DNA of 56,107 bases, the filler included, from Porpidia crustulata (taxonomy: Eukaryota), in assembly GCA_964255105.1 (NCBI GenBank). It is 6 parts of 6 records of this genome, joined end to end, with 100 filler letters (N's around TTAATTAATTAA, not from the genome) between each part and the next. Parts side by side here need not be neighbours in the genome. Positions count along the whole stretch, not along the records: positions 37,482 to 46,746 come from CAXUWE010000968.1; positions 46,847 to 56,107 come from CAXUWE010000969.1; 4 more parts are not named here. One strand, written 5' to 3'. The position numbers and the translations under genes were made by a program. The notes under the pieces were generated by a model, which saw only the letters and a list, made by a program, of their open reading frames with translations, searched no databases and had not been told where the DNA came from. Of the stretch, positions 37,482-52,503 are shown one piece after another (within the stretch, counting starts at the first letter, position 1; every line of letters begins with the position of its first letter).

Positions 37482-39855
37482 GTTGTTTTGGTGGAGAGAG
37501 GGGGAGAGAGAATGTGTTTTTGCTTTTGCTTTTTCTGTGCGGGATTTCGGCGGATGATGGATCGAATACATATGTGGGCACGGTAATGTTCTACAGTGTC
37601 TGTGGCAGCACTGCTGATAAGGTATGAGGCTCGTCATACCGCGATCCTTGTGATTTGGTAGGCAACTCTACGCAGATCTCTGCTCTTGCTGCTCCAGCCC
37701 TTTTTCGTAACATAAGATCGTGCGCAATGTTCTCTTTCCTTCCTGGCGACTTGAGCAGAAGGAATCCTTCGGAGAATTGGGCTTGATTGCTGCGTTTGTC
37801 GGTGTGACTTTTCGTTTGATTCGGGCGCTGATTTAAGGTATCAATAGATCGCTATGAAGTATCTTTGGCGGTCTTTCAATGTAGCTACGACGTTGACTGG
37901 GGTGAGGGAAATATGCATGGATAGTGGAACAATTCGGAAGAGATCTCAGCATGTCGAACCTGGGTGGCCCGAGAAGCTATTTCCTTTTTTCGGAAAACTT
38001 CCGGTTGTATTCCGGTCAATTGCATGCTGCTGAAAACAAACAATAGACTCTGCCATATCTCATTCGTCGCAAAATATTCATAGACCACTAAAAGACTCGG
38101 CCTGTTCTAGGAATTGGTCGACTGAAGATTGAGCTTCGTTAGTTCAAGACGGCTATCGAATCTATGCAACTGGATGGAAGTGGGAGCGCTCCTTGTCTAT
38201 CCAGGACGCAGATTGCGCAAATTTTCTCGAAGTGAAGACGGTATCTTCGATAGCAGTCTTCGGTAGCTAGCGTCGACTCTGAGCGAGCGATAGTATAACC
38301 TTGACGAAGAGATCAACCTCGGTGGTGGCTTTGACAAAGCTATGTACGATCCAGCTGTCTTTCAGGATTGCTCAGTCCGAATATCCAATCAAGGTGAACA
38401 GCAAATCTGACCAATCACCTCTTTGACGTAAGACTTGCGCGAGAATGCAAAGAAGCTCCAGAACGGCCTAGAGAACAAATTCAATCCAACTTGAATGATG
38501 CGATGGGAGTGTTGCATCTGCTTTCTCCGGCCTGGCTCCTACGAAGGAGCCCAGACAGCGCAGCATGGTGCCTAGCCAGTCTAAGCAGAGCAGCAGGAAA
38601 TTACTAGACTGACTATGAGGACGGGCAGACTTTTGGTAGATCATCCTATACTCATGGATCTCCCTATTATTACCAAGAGCTGATGTTCAGCCCATGCTTT
38701 TATCCCGGGTAACCCATGGCCGTGCAAGTTCTTGTTCAAATTTCGGGCTCGAGAAGCCACCTGTAACCGTGAGAGGAAACCCAGGGTCGAGACTTTGATC
38801 CTCTATATTATCTCTGACGAAGGAGTAATTTGGTTTTGAGGAAGAGACTCGCACAGTAGGATCTCATAAGGCTCGTACGAGCTCTGCAGAACGAAATTTT
38901 CACATCGAAGAATAGGCAATAAGATCCGAGGGCTGAAGGATCAGGATCAGGATTAGGATCAGAAATGAGACCAATATCGAGCCTTCCTTCAATTAACGTA
39001 ACAAATCCTTAGGACGGGAACTGAGGCTGAGCAGAGCAGAATAGCAAAGTTGCCTGCACACGGAACAAATTGTAGATCTTAAAGATTTTTTGAAAAATGC
39101 GACGAGCCATTGTAATCGTGATGCGACATGTTCAAGACATGGTATCATACTTTGGTGAGTGGCGGCGGGCATTGCTGTGCCCATGAAAAGATGCCCGGCA
39201 AAACAGCATCAAAAAAATGGTGCTACTGCGATGAACTGTAAGTAATCGTACACAAATCGTTTCAAAAACTTAATCTAGAATAAGCCCAAAAATCCTTCGT
39301 CGGTTTGAAGCATAGGGGAAGGATTCCGTGTTCCCTAAATAAGTCTTGGCGCACAGGCTTTAAACCCTCGCCCGAGTTTCAGCCTCGTCCGCTCCGCCCC
39401 GTTGACACATCTCCCCACGTGACTACAGGGCTGTACTATTGATCGCACCGAAGAAATCAATATTGAGAACGGGTTACTAACGCCGTTATTGGTGGGAGTC
39501 GTATCGCAGGATCGCGAAAGTAGCTGCGGAGGATTTTGAAACTCTGGTTAATGTGTACTTGGTTCCGGCAATGTCAATCCTTCGGAATGCTCGTCTGATG
39601 TATTTTTGTGAATCGACCAGTTGTCGCATTGCGCAGCTGGCCCTCCCGAATTGTCCTTACTGTCGTTCCAGTCATTTTCATTTCCCTATATATGTAGGCA
39701 TCTGTCTTCTCAGTTACTCTTCTTCATTCCACCCAGCATCTCAACATCCTCCCGCCTCACTACACTTACATAAACCAAAACCATCGACTATCACCAACCG
39801 TCAATAAACCATAACACTCACCTCAGTCCCATCCAATCACATCACGATCGTCAAC

Positions 39856-40379
39856 ATGCAGACCAAGATCTTTGTTCTCGCTGCTCTTTTCTCTGCCGCA
39901 TCTATGGTGGCCGGCCAAAGCAGTAGCAGTGGCAGCACAAGCAGCCCCCCAACCGCTTCCCAGGTAAATTTTGTTACTCGGTCATGGTCTCGTGGCTTGA
40001 CTGACTTTATCTTTTGCAGACCTCAAAGGCCATGGCAGACATCAAATCTTACATCTCCTCAGTCACCGCCGACTCCGCTTACGCGGCGCAACACTCCGCC
40101 ATCCAGAGCGTATTGCCATCCATGGACTTGGCTGGCGCCGCACTCAACGCGAGCGCCATTGTCGGTACCGGTGGTCTCGCAGTCATCACGCCCGCTGTGT
40201 CAGTCTCCGGATTCTCCGCCCTTCCTTCGGCTCAACAGAGTTACATCTCAAGCGTTATCGCTGCGCAGTCGAGTATTGCAAGCAAGGACCTGTCAGGTGC
40301 TGCGCCCCAGGCTACTGGTATGGTCATGGCAGCCGGAGCGGCAGCAGCTGGTGTGCTTGGGTTCGCCGCCATGTTGTAA
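39856..40379 (+). CDS. Small secreted Ser/Ala-rich, probably GPI-anchored cell-wall protein (~155 aa)
   Basis: Signal peptide MQTKIFVLAALFSAASMVAG; intron 39964-40019 (GTAAAT...CTGAC...CAG); C-terminal omega-like SGA plus hydrophobic tail GMVMAAGAAAAGVLGFAAML*; TATATA at ~39687. Confidence 0.85.
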
Positions 40380-41668
40380 TTGAATGCGTTAGAGATTGAC
40401 TAAATGGTCTTTTGTGGCGTTTTGGTTTAGCGTTCGTGCGACTCCTTGTACCTACTGCGATTTTTTGATTGCGCTCTGTAATTATAGACATCTGCTATAA
40501 AAATGCGAATGATTTCCGCAACTTTTGTCACTATTGATATTTGTTGATTGTGACTCGAAAAGTCATTTGAAACGGCGTGGAATATAATTAGAACATCAAG
40601 AAAAGTACTAGTTCGGGTACGGTGGCCTGCCCTCCTGCTCGTAGGTACTAGTGTTGATAATAGACATAGCAAGAACATCTGTAACGACATGACTTCGTGG
40701 TCAACACAGAAGGTCAAACACGGACGCACATAGAATAAGCGATACGATTGAACCGCCTCCGAGAATAGCAATACTGACGCTCGCATCTATTAACAAGAAG
40801 TAAAAGTGATAAAATATTTGAGGACATGATGAACGGGCACGACGGACAGGAAGTTGTTACGCGAGGAAGGCTTGAAGGTCTGTCAGTGACTTAGTCATTT
40901 ATCTCAAATTTTGTAAACGGATACTGAGACATTTGTGCCAGGCACAATTGGTCTAGAAAATCTTGAACTTATGATTACTGAATGTGATACCGGGAATGGC
41001 CTCGAGTGGCAGAATTGAGACAGCAAAGGTCTTCTTTGGATGGCATTGAAGAAGATTTGTCGGCCTGTCGGTTGTCCAACTGGGAAATTCGCTGTGACTG
41101 GAATGACTCTCGAATGACTCGGCGTGAAACCATCATTTGCTCTGGTCTATATTAAAGTACGCGAACATGAAAGCAGGCCTGGTTCTGCTGGTTGATCAGG
41201 CGCAAACGGCCTATTGAGATGAACAGCTGTTTGAAAATGAAGCTGATCAGTAGTGATATGCCAGATTTCACGCATTGAAACTACCATGTCCAAGGAAACC
41301 ATTCCCTGGAAAACTCTTTTCACCTCGCTTCATGTCACATAACGTTTCATGGCTGGTTTGCGAGCATCTATGGCTACCAAGACCACAATACCAAGTACCT
41401 GTTGATCGATTTTAACAAGTGTCAATAAAGATGTCAAGAAGTCTACGACGGCTGCCAAAGCTAGGTACCCTACGTGATGAAATCTTGATGGATACCCGTG
41501 ACTAGCATTTACTCTTCACTTCGGACTTAAAAGTCGGCAGCGTGACTTTCATTGTTCCTTCACTGTCCAATAAACTGCCGTCTCTCATACGCAGTACACT
41601 TCAGCCCTCACTTTTTCTCTTAATTGCATTCCCACTTCGTCGTCGAGTATCTTTGAAGCCTCTTGGCC

Positions 41669-42789
41669 ATGGCGAAGACTCTGACATCCCGTGAAACATT
41701 CCCTGAATTATACATACCGAAACCGTTAATGGTCGATCCTCATTCTCGCACGCGGAAAGTGCCCATGAAAGTGCTGTGCTTGTACGTACCTTCGAAATTT
41801 GTTTTTCTGTTTTCAACGGTTTTGTACCTTTTGTCGTTTGCCGCAGACGATTGAGCTTTGACTTCCCTTTTCTGTCTTCCAACGTTATGATTCTCAGCTC
41901 TGCACGCCTTCAAGACAATGCTGACCAGGAAAACGTGAATTACGGGCATGCCTCGCACCGGCACGGCGTCAATGTGGACTGCTATGCAAATGCTTGGTTA
42001 CACTAAGTGCTATCACATGCTAGAGGTGTTTGGCAACCCACTTGACGCTGGCATGTGGCAAGAAGCCATCAATGCAGAGTTCTATGGCAAAGGAAAACCG
42101 TTTGGAAGGGAGCAATGGGATCAATTACTCGGAGATTGTCATGTACGCACGATATTTTTTATGTGGGCTAATAGACCTTAGTCTCCCGGGTATCACCTCT
42201 CTGAAAATGTTAGTTGTATTGTTGCTCATTGATGTTGTCGAATAAATAGGCAGTCGTTGATATGCCATGCGCCGCCTTCTCGGGGAGCCTTATTGCTGCA
42301 TATCCAGAGGCAAAGGTAACTCTCACCACTCGAGACCTAGACGCCTGGTATAAAAGCATGATGGGCACAATCATTGCAGCACGGCGCTCTATCCCGATAA
42401 AGCTGCTTTCTTATATCGACCCCGACCACCTTGGCCCGTTAAAACCTATGAACGAGAGTCTACTTGATGCATATTTCGAGCATAAGCCTTTTGAGGAATC
42501 TGGCAAAAGGAAATTCGTCGAACATTATAACGAGGTGAGAGAGCATGTCCCGAGAGAGAACCTCCTTGAATATAGGGTGGGGGAGGGCTGGGACCGACTT
42601 TGCGAGTTCTTGAATCAACCAGTACCAGAATCGCAATTCCCAAGGACCAACGACACTAATGCATTTGGAGACCTTATGGGCGTGGTTATGAAGCAGGCCA
42701 TGCTACGATTTCTCAAGCGAGCAGCCCCGGGCATAGGAGCTTTGGGAGCTGGAGGAGCAGCACTGTACTACTTTAAAGGATGTTTGTGA
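41669..42789 (+). CDS. P-loop sulfotransferase-like protein (Sulfotransfer_4 type) with C-terminal hydrophobic anchor; first intron has an abnormal acceptor
   Basis: RTRKVPMKVLCL|GMPRTGTASMWTAMQMLGYTKCYHM, WDQLLGDCH|AVVDMP, AYPEAKVTLTTRDLDAWYKSM, VPRENLLEYRVGEGWDRLCEFL..PVP...FPRTND. Second intron 42143-42249 is canonical. Confidence 0.85.
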
Positions 42790-43620
42790 TAGTAGGTTGC
42801 TATCAAGTCGCTTTTAGAGGAAGCCTGGCGGTATAGACTCATAGATTGGTTAAACCTCAAATTGGCTCTCTGTAGTGCACCCGTGTTTGTACACCGTGAA
42901 GTCTTTATTTACAGACGTGATAAGCCCATAAGTGGTCGCTAAGCTGTACATCTGTACTTCCCATGTTGCAGATACTTCTCGACATTTGATATTACTTGGT
43001 CTCTGTAGATACACAAAGCAGATGGGTCGAGTTGCGATATACACGCAGGTCAGCTTCGTTGAGAGAGATGTGAGGGGCGCTTGTTCTAGGATTTATTAGC
43101 TTTGTTTACGCTACTTCCGTTACCGCTGCAACCAAACATTGACATTCGCCTCCATAACGAAGGCTTACGTCAAGGTGGTACGTGTGTGACAATCATAGTA
43201 ACGCAGACCTGATTGGCAAGAGCATCAAGAAATTGAAAGGCGTTTGGGCTATGGAGATGCTGGCGCATATCTTTCGCGGGGGCTGTTCAACTGATCCCCA
43301 GCCACCATCTTACGATTTCGAAAACGAAAACGAACCACCTCAAGCTATCACCAACAACATCGACTAATGTAGCACATTGACCACTTTCACCGGACTCGAA
43401 GCTATTCCTGTCTAAGAGCTGCCAGCCGTGTATCGAGTAGAGTCAAAGAGACAGTATTCGGCGCTCCTCGCAGCTGTGAAATTGTCGTACGCCTAGCAGA
43501 GGTAATACGAGGCTTGGACCCGAATCGCAGATCCTCGAGTCCATCCATCACATATACCAAAGTTCTGTGAATGCTAGAGAAACCTCAACAAATATTATCA
43601 CGAAGCACTTGAGAAGTCAC

Positions 43621-46449
43621 ATGATGGTTTCGAAGACAGCGAAGATGCCCTTCAATGGGACCCATACAGCTGGAATATTTGCCGACATGACTGTGGATGG
43701 CCCAGAGATTGGCACGTTGGTTGTTGTAATGGATCGAGCGAAGAACCTACCGAATCGAAAGACCATGGGGAAGCAGGACCCATACTGTGCGGCAAGACTC
43801 GGCAAAGAAGCAAAGAAGACCGAAACGGACAAAAGAGGCGGACAAACCCCACGATGGTAGGCCTTCTAGTACATCAAATTCTAGATACCGCTAACGAGAC
43901 CAAGGGACCAAGAAATGCGCTTCACTGTTCACGACTCGGCTGACTACTACCAACTGAAAGTCTCTGTATTCAACGATGACAAGAAGACCGAGCTGATTGG
44001 AGAAACCTGGGTGAATCTTGAGCATGTTGTGGTACCTGGTGGAGGGAAAAATGATTTGTGGCACAATCTGAATTGCAAAGGAAGATATGCTGGCGAAATA
44101 AGGATCGAACTTACCTACTACGATACTCGCCCAAAGGAAGAAAAGGCCGAGGAAAGAAGGCAGGATGGAAGGCAAGATGCCTCCACCCAGGGGTCTCAGG
44201 ATCAAGGGAGAGAGGCCATAGGTGGACCACGACAGCTGAAGCAAGTTAAAAGAAGGCCCTTGCCAGCAGATCCGACCGAGGGTTTATCATCTCGTCCTGC
44301 AATGCCCGATCATTCTCAATCTGCACCACTACCATATACTGCCTTGCCAAATAATCAGCAATCATACGATTCTCAGCCAACTTATGTAGATCCACGACCC
44401 GACCATAGATTCGAATCTCAATCACAATTCGACAACCAAAACCAATACCAAACACCGCCTCAATTTCGAGGATCGCCGTCAGGCTACGATGGCTTTGATC
44501 AAGACCATTTTAGTGATGGCATTACTAATGTATCTCGGATGCCTGGTGATCCCCATTCAGATCAGCTGGATACCTACGATACCCACTCGCCAAGCTCGTA
44601 TCGACAAGAACGCGCCTCGGTGCAACACGGCATGTATCAAAGAGAACAAGACTTTGAACGGTCACCATCTTATGGTCAAAGATCTCACATTGCTGAACCT
44701 ACCCCAAATCGTGATCACCAGGCTTCAGATCTTGCTCAGTACTCAGGATACAATGACAGGAACGATGGGCCTCCTGCTCAGCCATTGCCTAATGGGAATG
44801 GTATTCCTTTTTCGAATTCAATGCCAGATGTTCGACCTCAACCGATATTACAACACAGTGATTCGTTGCAGCTTAGGTCGTCGCTGCCGGGGAGTAATAA
44901 TCATGATGATCTACCTGCGCAAAACTACCTTCCGCCCCAAGGTAGCCATAGATGGCAAAATCAAGCAGAAAGTCTTAACGATGGGCCTGGGCCTCCACCT
45001 CCCCCTGTCCACAGACATAGCGGGGCAAGGTCTGAGATCCAACCTACCGGGCAAGGTCAGGTGGAAACATATCCCCCGATCGCACAGCCAGCACCCTTGA
45101 GAATGAGAAACGAACGAAATAGTGTATCGAACAGTCCACTGTTTCAAGTGCAGAGTAACACATCGTACACTGACCACCTCTTATCTAATTCTCCGTCAAA
45201 TTCCAATCTCTCGCACTCCGGGGCTTCCGTTACATCTCGCTCATCTTACAGTCAGCATGACAGACGGCAGCCACAAAGCAATATATCGTCATCTCCGATC
45301 CGAGAAAATGCACAATCGATGCCTCCCAGTCTTGTAGCCGGTTACGCGCCTAGTATAGTCGATGACGAGATCGAAAGGGACATACGTGAGAGACGTATGA
45401 GCGCGAGACCGGTATATGCGAATGATTCTGTCCCGCAATATCGCCAGCTGCCCAATGGCTACGCTCCCTCTGGTACACATCTACCAATGAATCCTGCCCT
45501 GGGACCGATCAGAACTATAGAGAATGCTCACGATCGGAGAGTGCATCGATCTTCTGCCCCTGTACCTATGTCGAAGGCATCCATCAGTGATCTTCGAACT
45601 CCCATAAGAAAGTCTGTCAGTCCACAGCCAGGATCAGGGCCAGAAAGTAATCAGCGTTCTGCCATTCCCTTCTCGCCAGATTCTTACGACGCGTACAATC
45701 CCTCTGTCAGCGCTAGGTCTAGTATCAATTCCGCTGGACCCAAATACAATACTCCAGAGCAAGCCAAAGATGCGTTCAAGCAGCACGAGATAGATTCTAG
45801 GCTAGCGGAGGGTCCGATAATCGGTAGTGATGGACGAGAGATTGACCCATCCGATCATCTTCCAACGGAGACATGGGCCCCCGAACCTGAAGTAAAGACG
45901 CCCAGGAAAGGCCCACAGATCACGATGAGGTTCAGGCAGAGTCCGCTGGGTGCTCAGCCTATGCCAGCATCGTCTCGGCGACCGCTTCAAGATGCCACAG
46001 GTCGTCCTCATTCAGTATCCACGCCTATCTTCGCCCACTCGGCCGACCCAAACATCGCACCCACCGGCCGAGCCCGCCTACAAAAGAAGACGCGTTCCTC
46101 CATGGAGCAAGGAACACCGCCTCCGAATTCAAGTCCATCAGCCCCAAGAATGAATAATAGTCCTAGCCCTTTGGCACCAAGACTCGATACCAACTCATAT
46201 CATTCCACCCCAAGAGCTTCTCCATCTGCTTACCCGATACGGGAGCCCGAGAATTACAGCTACGGAAGCAGTCCTACGTATGCCAGGAGTTCGCCAAGTG
46301 GAATCCCTCCACCAATTCCAGGCAAGATCCCCATACCTGCGGGACAGGAGGAATGGGGAAGAGATGCGCTAAGCGAGGAGATGAGAAGGATCGATATTGG
46401 CGTTGGTGGGGGACAGTCAAGGGTAAGGCGAAGTAGATTTGGAGCATGA
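43621..46449 (+). CDS. INN1: Cytokinesis C2-domain ingression protein Inn1/Fic1
   Basis: N-terminal C2 domain GTLVVVMDRAKNLPNRKTMGKQDPYCAARLG...DKRGGQTPRW|DQEMRF (intron 43857-43904); long Pro/Ser-rich tail with PxxP motifs (PPPPPVHR, PPPIPGKIP). Confidence 0.88.
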
Positions 46450-46746
46450 TGGATGATGATGGTTCTAGTTGCAAGCGCTGTGGGTAATATATTGCAAGGA
46501 GGGGAGCGCCACAATTAGTGGCTACCGGCGGTGCCTTTTGGGAGTTCGGGCAGCGATAGAATCATAGACACTGGGGAACGGAAGAGACTGTGGTTCCTCT
46601 GACAAGTCTGCGGTATACCATAAGCAGCTTTGATGGATATATATAATTATACTCGGACGATAATTTCATGTCTGAAAACACGTTTTACGTGCAACACGGA
46701 ATAGGACAATGAAATATCGCTAGTACCTAATACTAATACCGACTAC

Positions 46747-46846
46747 NNNNNNNNNNNNNNNNNNNNNNNNNNNNNNNNNNNNNNNNNNNNTTAATTAATT
46801 AANNNNNNNNNNNNNNNNNNNNNNNNNNNNNNNNNNNNNNNNNNNN
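46747..46846. other. Artificial contig spacer
   Basis: N44-TTAATTAATTAA-N44. Confidence 0.98.
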
Positions 46847-47134
46847 GGGGTTAATAGATATTGTCCATTGCCATGCCATGAGTACCACAATGAAAATATG
46901 CCGTATTAGTTTCTGGCAGACTGCAAGTTTCGAACATCTCAAATAACTGATATGATACAAGAGCGAGAAATTGGAACCGCCATACGGGAAATCCATCTTC
47001 GCCACTGCACGCCAGCAATTTGGGCAAATCCATGGGCATCATTTAGCTCCACTTCAACTAAATATCCAACTTCAATGCCTTCATCTGGTAACCGCGCCCT
47101 GATGTCGTTCGGGGTGTTTCTTGCCATGTACCGT

Positions 47135-48509
<1,375 letters not shown>

Positions 48510-48976
48510 TCGCTGCAAAGTCTGTTCGAAAGATGCGAAATACGAAGATGAATAGTGATAGTTTGAACGTAACCGATGAAAACAGAGATGGATGTAACTT
48601 GATATTATTGATCCGTAGATGGTGAGAGCTTGATGCTTTTGGTGATGGCTCGGTGGCTGGGCTTCGTCAGCGGCTGCCTTGACAACCTGCATTACCGCAT
48701 AATGCAGGTTACCGTAGCACCATAGGGGCAGAGAGCAAGCTCACGCGGCACAGGAGCCAGGCGACATATTCAGGTGATTCACGAGCGTATTGTTTCGACG
48801 TCATCAATTACACTGGAAAATATTCTCTTGCTGATCAGAGCATCAGAGACAATTATTCTATGTTGTTTTACAAAGCTGCTATGGCCTCAAGATGCCACAC
48901 TAGCACTTCTACCTAGTCATGAAAACGCCCCTACGAATGTTGCTAATTTTGAAGCCTTTCGAGCAATTTACACAGA

Positions 48977-50545
48977 CTACTTGTAAAAGTCAAATCTAGT
49001 TGTAGCACGTTAGTATCGTAGTCCCGAGATGAGCGATGATTGTGTAGACTCACTTCTCCGCCTCCTGCGCTCCTTTTACCTGGCTAGAGTACGCGTCCTC
49101 TAGGTCCGACTGGATGATGTTGTATCGATTCTTTCTTACGGCTCTCAATCCAGCCTCTTGCATGATCGCTGCAATGATGGCTCCAGAAAGGGGGTCATTC
49201 CGAATTATAAGTGAATCCAAATCCACTTCTGGTGATAGCGACATGTTCGCAGAGATGGTGGTAAAGATTAGTCTCCGCTCCCTTCGATCTCGTAGGGAAG
49301 GAAATTCGATCTTTCGATCTAGACGACCTGGTCTCAGTAGAGCGGGGTCGAGCGTATCTGCTCGATTTGTTGCCATAATGACCTTAACGTTACTTGTCTG
49401 ATCAAATCCATCCATTTGGTTGAGTAGTTCCAGTAGAATACGTTGAACTTCTCGGTCTGCGCCTGTCTGCGCATCGAAACGTTTCGTGGCAATTGCGTCA
49501 ATTTCGTCGATGAATATGATGGCCGGTGAGTTTTCTCGAGCCATACGGAAAACATCACGGACCATTCTGGGACCTTCACCAAGATACTTCTGCACGAATT
49601 CGGATCCGACGACACGGATGAAATTCGCCGTCGTACTATTTGCTACAGCTTTCACAAGCATCGTCTTTCCAGTTCCAGGGGGCCCGTATAATAGGACACC
49701 CCGGGGCGGATCGATCCCTGCATAATGTTGTTAGACATATTATGGCGTTTGACTTCGAGATGACAGACCTATTTGCTTGTAGAGATCGAAATGTGTCAGG
49801 GGCAGCTCAACAGCCTCTCGAATCTCCTGCTTCTGCATATCGAGGCCACCAACGTCGGCATAAGTGACATCAGGCTTTTCATGTGCGCCAAGCATAGCTA
49901 TCGAGGAGTCGGCTTCTGGAGGAAGTATATCAACTAGGGAGTTCGAGTGACGATGGAGGGCAACGGAAGATGACGGCTTGAGCTTCTCTCGATCAAGGGT
50001 TGAGAGTATTCGTACGACATAGTTGGAGCCTGTCGACGACTGAACGATTCCCGTACTGACGAACAGTAAGCTATATCGCTCACTTCGCACCAGTATACTG
50101 GATCTCAAACAAACTTTTGATCAATAGGTTCCAAGAATTGGCCAATAACTAACGGCACGCTTTGTATCCGCTTGATTTCTTCTTGAGCTCGCACCAACTC
50201 TCTCTTTAGACTCCTAGAACAAGCTTAGCATTCCAGAACCATCTGTGCACATATGGCCAGATTATAGAAGTATGGCCCGGAGACGAGGGAGGTCTTACCT
50301 CTGCTCATCCTTGATGTACTCTTCTTGCAGGTTAATATATCTAGCATGATCAGCGGAAAAAAAGCAGTGCTAGAAGAAATGGCATACTCAAGGTGTCTTT
50401 GAAGCTTTTTTAGTGTTGAATACTCGTCGCTGTCATCGTTGTTGATACCCTCAAGGGAATCCACATTTGGTATTGCGTTCGAGGGTGGCTGTCTTTTATG
50501 CGGCGGAACAGTGTTCATCGGGTTCTCCACCAGGACATCTCCCAT
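48977..50545 (-). CDS. RPT3: 26S proteasome AAA-ATPase subunit Rpt3 (6B)
   Basis: [27 protein letters not shown], Walker A GPPGTGKT, Walker [54 protein letters not shown]; terminal exon gives ...EKFDFYK* (HbYX). Confidence 0.97.
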
Positions 50546-52473
50546 GATTACTGAGTAGGCCTGTTACTCGAGCTATAAATCGCGAGGCGCAATGTTCAAT
50601 TTTCGCGTTCAATATGTTCTGCTGTGGTGTTGCAAAGTGGCATTTAAATCAAACTGCGTTGGTAGACCATAGCTCATCCAATGCCGTAAATGCAAGGACC
50701 AAGGTCGGTCACGTGCAAGTCATATGATCCTGGTACCCAGGTACCACCTTACCTCCCCTTGCCCACTACTACAACTCTTTGCTAAGCTGAGTTTGTTGGA
50801 TACAGCCTGGCTAGAGATAAGGCAGCTAGTTTGGATGTCGGAGTTCGTTTACTGTAAGATGGCCTGTCGATTATGATTTGACTACAAGGCGTAAAGTTCC
50901 CCAGATCCTTCTCGCCTTATGGCATCTCACGGATGGGCTTATTGACTCGAGGTCCACACATCAAGAATTCGGGCTCGGTGATGAGATTACGACATGTGTC
51001 TCTCCTTGGGCATTTATTCGCACTGGAATAATTTTGTGACTATAGGACTCTGGGCATGTCTGCGGAGTGTGATTTCTAGGCTTGCTGATCCTGCCAACTT
51101 GTTCTCGATACGCAGAAATACGTCTTGTACAAGGAGTAGTAGTAGACCCTCATATTAGGAAGAGTGGTTATGACTTAGAAGGCTATATCTGGGGTGGCTG
51201 GAAACCCTCTGTTACTGTGATGCTCGGGGGAAGGCGAGAATCGGCATGGTCTTGATGTCGCGGTCTAGCCACGTCTCAGATAACGGTGCAGCAGAGAAGC
51301 GTGGATTAGCACTCGTGCGACTTGGGACGTACGCCGATGACCATTGATTGGCTGCTTCGAATGAGGAATATGCCATTGTGTGGACGGTCTGGTAGTCGGA
51401 GCTGATAATTCGGGCATAGAATGACACGGAACGATGAGAGATCAGAGGAACGCTAAGGGATCCTAACCATGGCAAATCATCATCTTTACTGCTTCATCGT
51501 ATTAACGTCGTAAATGCATAATAATCCATTTAATTATTAACATTGTCGTAAACAGTAGGAAATGGAGGTAGGCATAGTGGACTGATGAAGTATCTATATA
51601 GCCGTAAGCGTAAGTAGAGGTACTTTGCAGTGTGTGACGCTAAAGGGTGTTCGGCTTCTCCTAGTGTTTAGCCTCCTTCGCTCAAATAATGTCGTTGAGA
51701 GTCATTCCTGCTATCATTTTGCCTGCAACGCATTATTCACACACCCGCTAAAACCCCGCCCCTGGGACCTCCACGTATCAAAGGCATCTAATTATTTGGT
51801 CAAATTGTCATCCCTAGTTGTCAGAGTATTTGATAGGTGAGAAGACTTTTTGTTTGGTTCGCGCGCGTTTGCTTGCGACTGCCAGTTAGGCAGAACTTCG
51901 TTGCCACCCCCCCCCTCCTCTTCCAGAAAAGCTTCTTTGCGCGACCGACGCTCCGAATCTGCTCGGATAGGTGCCACACACTCACTTGAGTTCATTCTGT
52001 CCGATCCCTCGTGGGAATTTCCCCCATTCCATCCCAAAGGAACCAAAAGTCATCCGTCATCTGGCGCATACCCCCCCCCTCCTCACCAAAATAACCTTTC
52101 CCTGATCTCCCTTGTGCTAACGAACGCGATCGTGATGGCAGATTATTGCCGGCGCGCTGGTCATGTAAGTCATTAGTCTACCTACCGGCCTCCTTACCCA
52201 TCAAAACGGACATGCGCTCTGACTTATTATTATTTATGGCGTCCAGCGAACCGGATTGCATCCTCAGGTGAGCTTCCCCTTCCATGCGGCTCAAGTCAAT
52301 AATACCGCGCTGCTGCTTGCACAACGTTCTTCCATCGCCCTAGCCTCTCGACGACCACTCCTGTTTTTGTGTCACCCTGTCTCCTTTGATTATTATCGAC
52401 CTGTTGCCGTTGTCGTACCCCCAATGAACGTTCCGATACTAAGAACAATACTAATGGCTGGACTTCGGCGCAG

Positions 52474-52503
52474 ATGGGTCGATCCAAAGTCGAATCGATA
52501 TGA
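52474..52503 (+). promoter_or_regulatory. 9-codon uORF (MGRSKVESI*) whose TGA overlaps the SWI1 ATG
   Basis: ATG 52474 lies immediately after a CAG acceptor; stop TGA 52501-52503 overlaps main ATG 52500-52502 (ATGA). Confidence 0.5.

Noticed and set aside
38100..38500. Coding-looking fragments on the + strand (e.g. YNLDEEINLGGGFDKAMYDPAVF)
   Set aside because: Several stops, no start or splice model and no recognisable family; too weak to call even a pseudogene.
50636..50645. AGTGGCATTT upstream of RPT3 as an Rpn4/PACE element
   Set aside because: Only a partial match to GGTGGCAAA and a single instance; cannot be supported.
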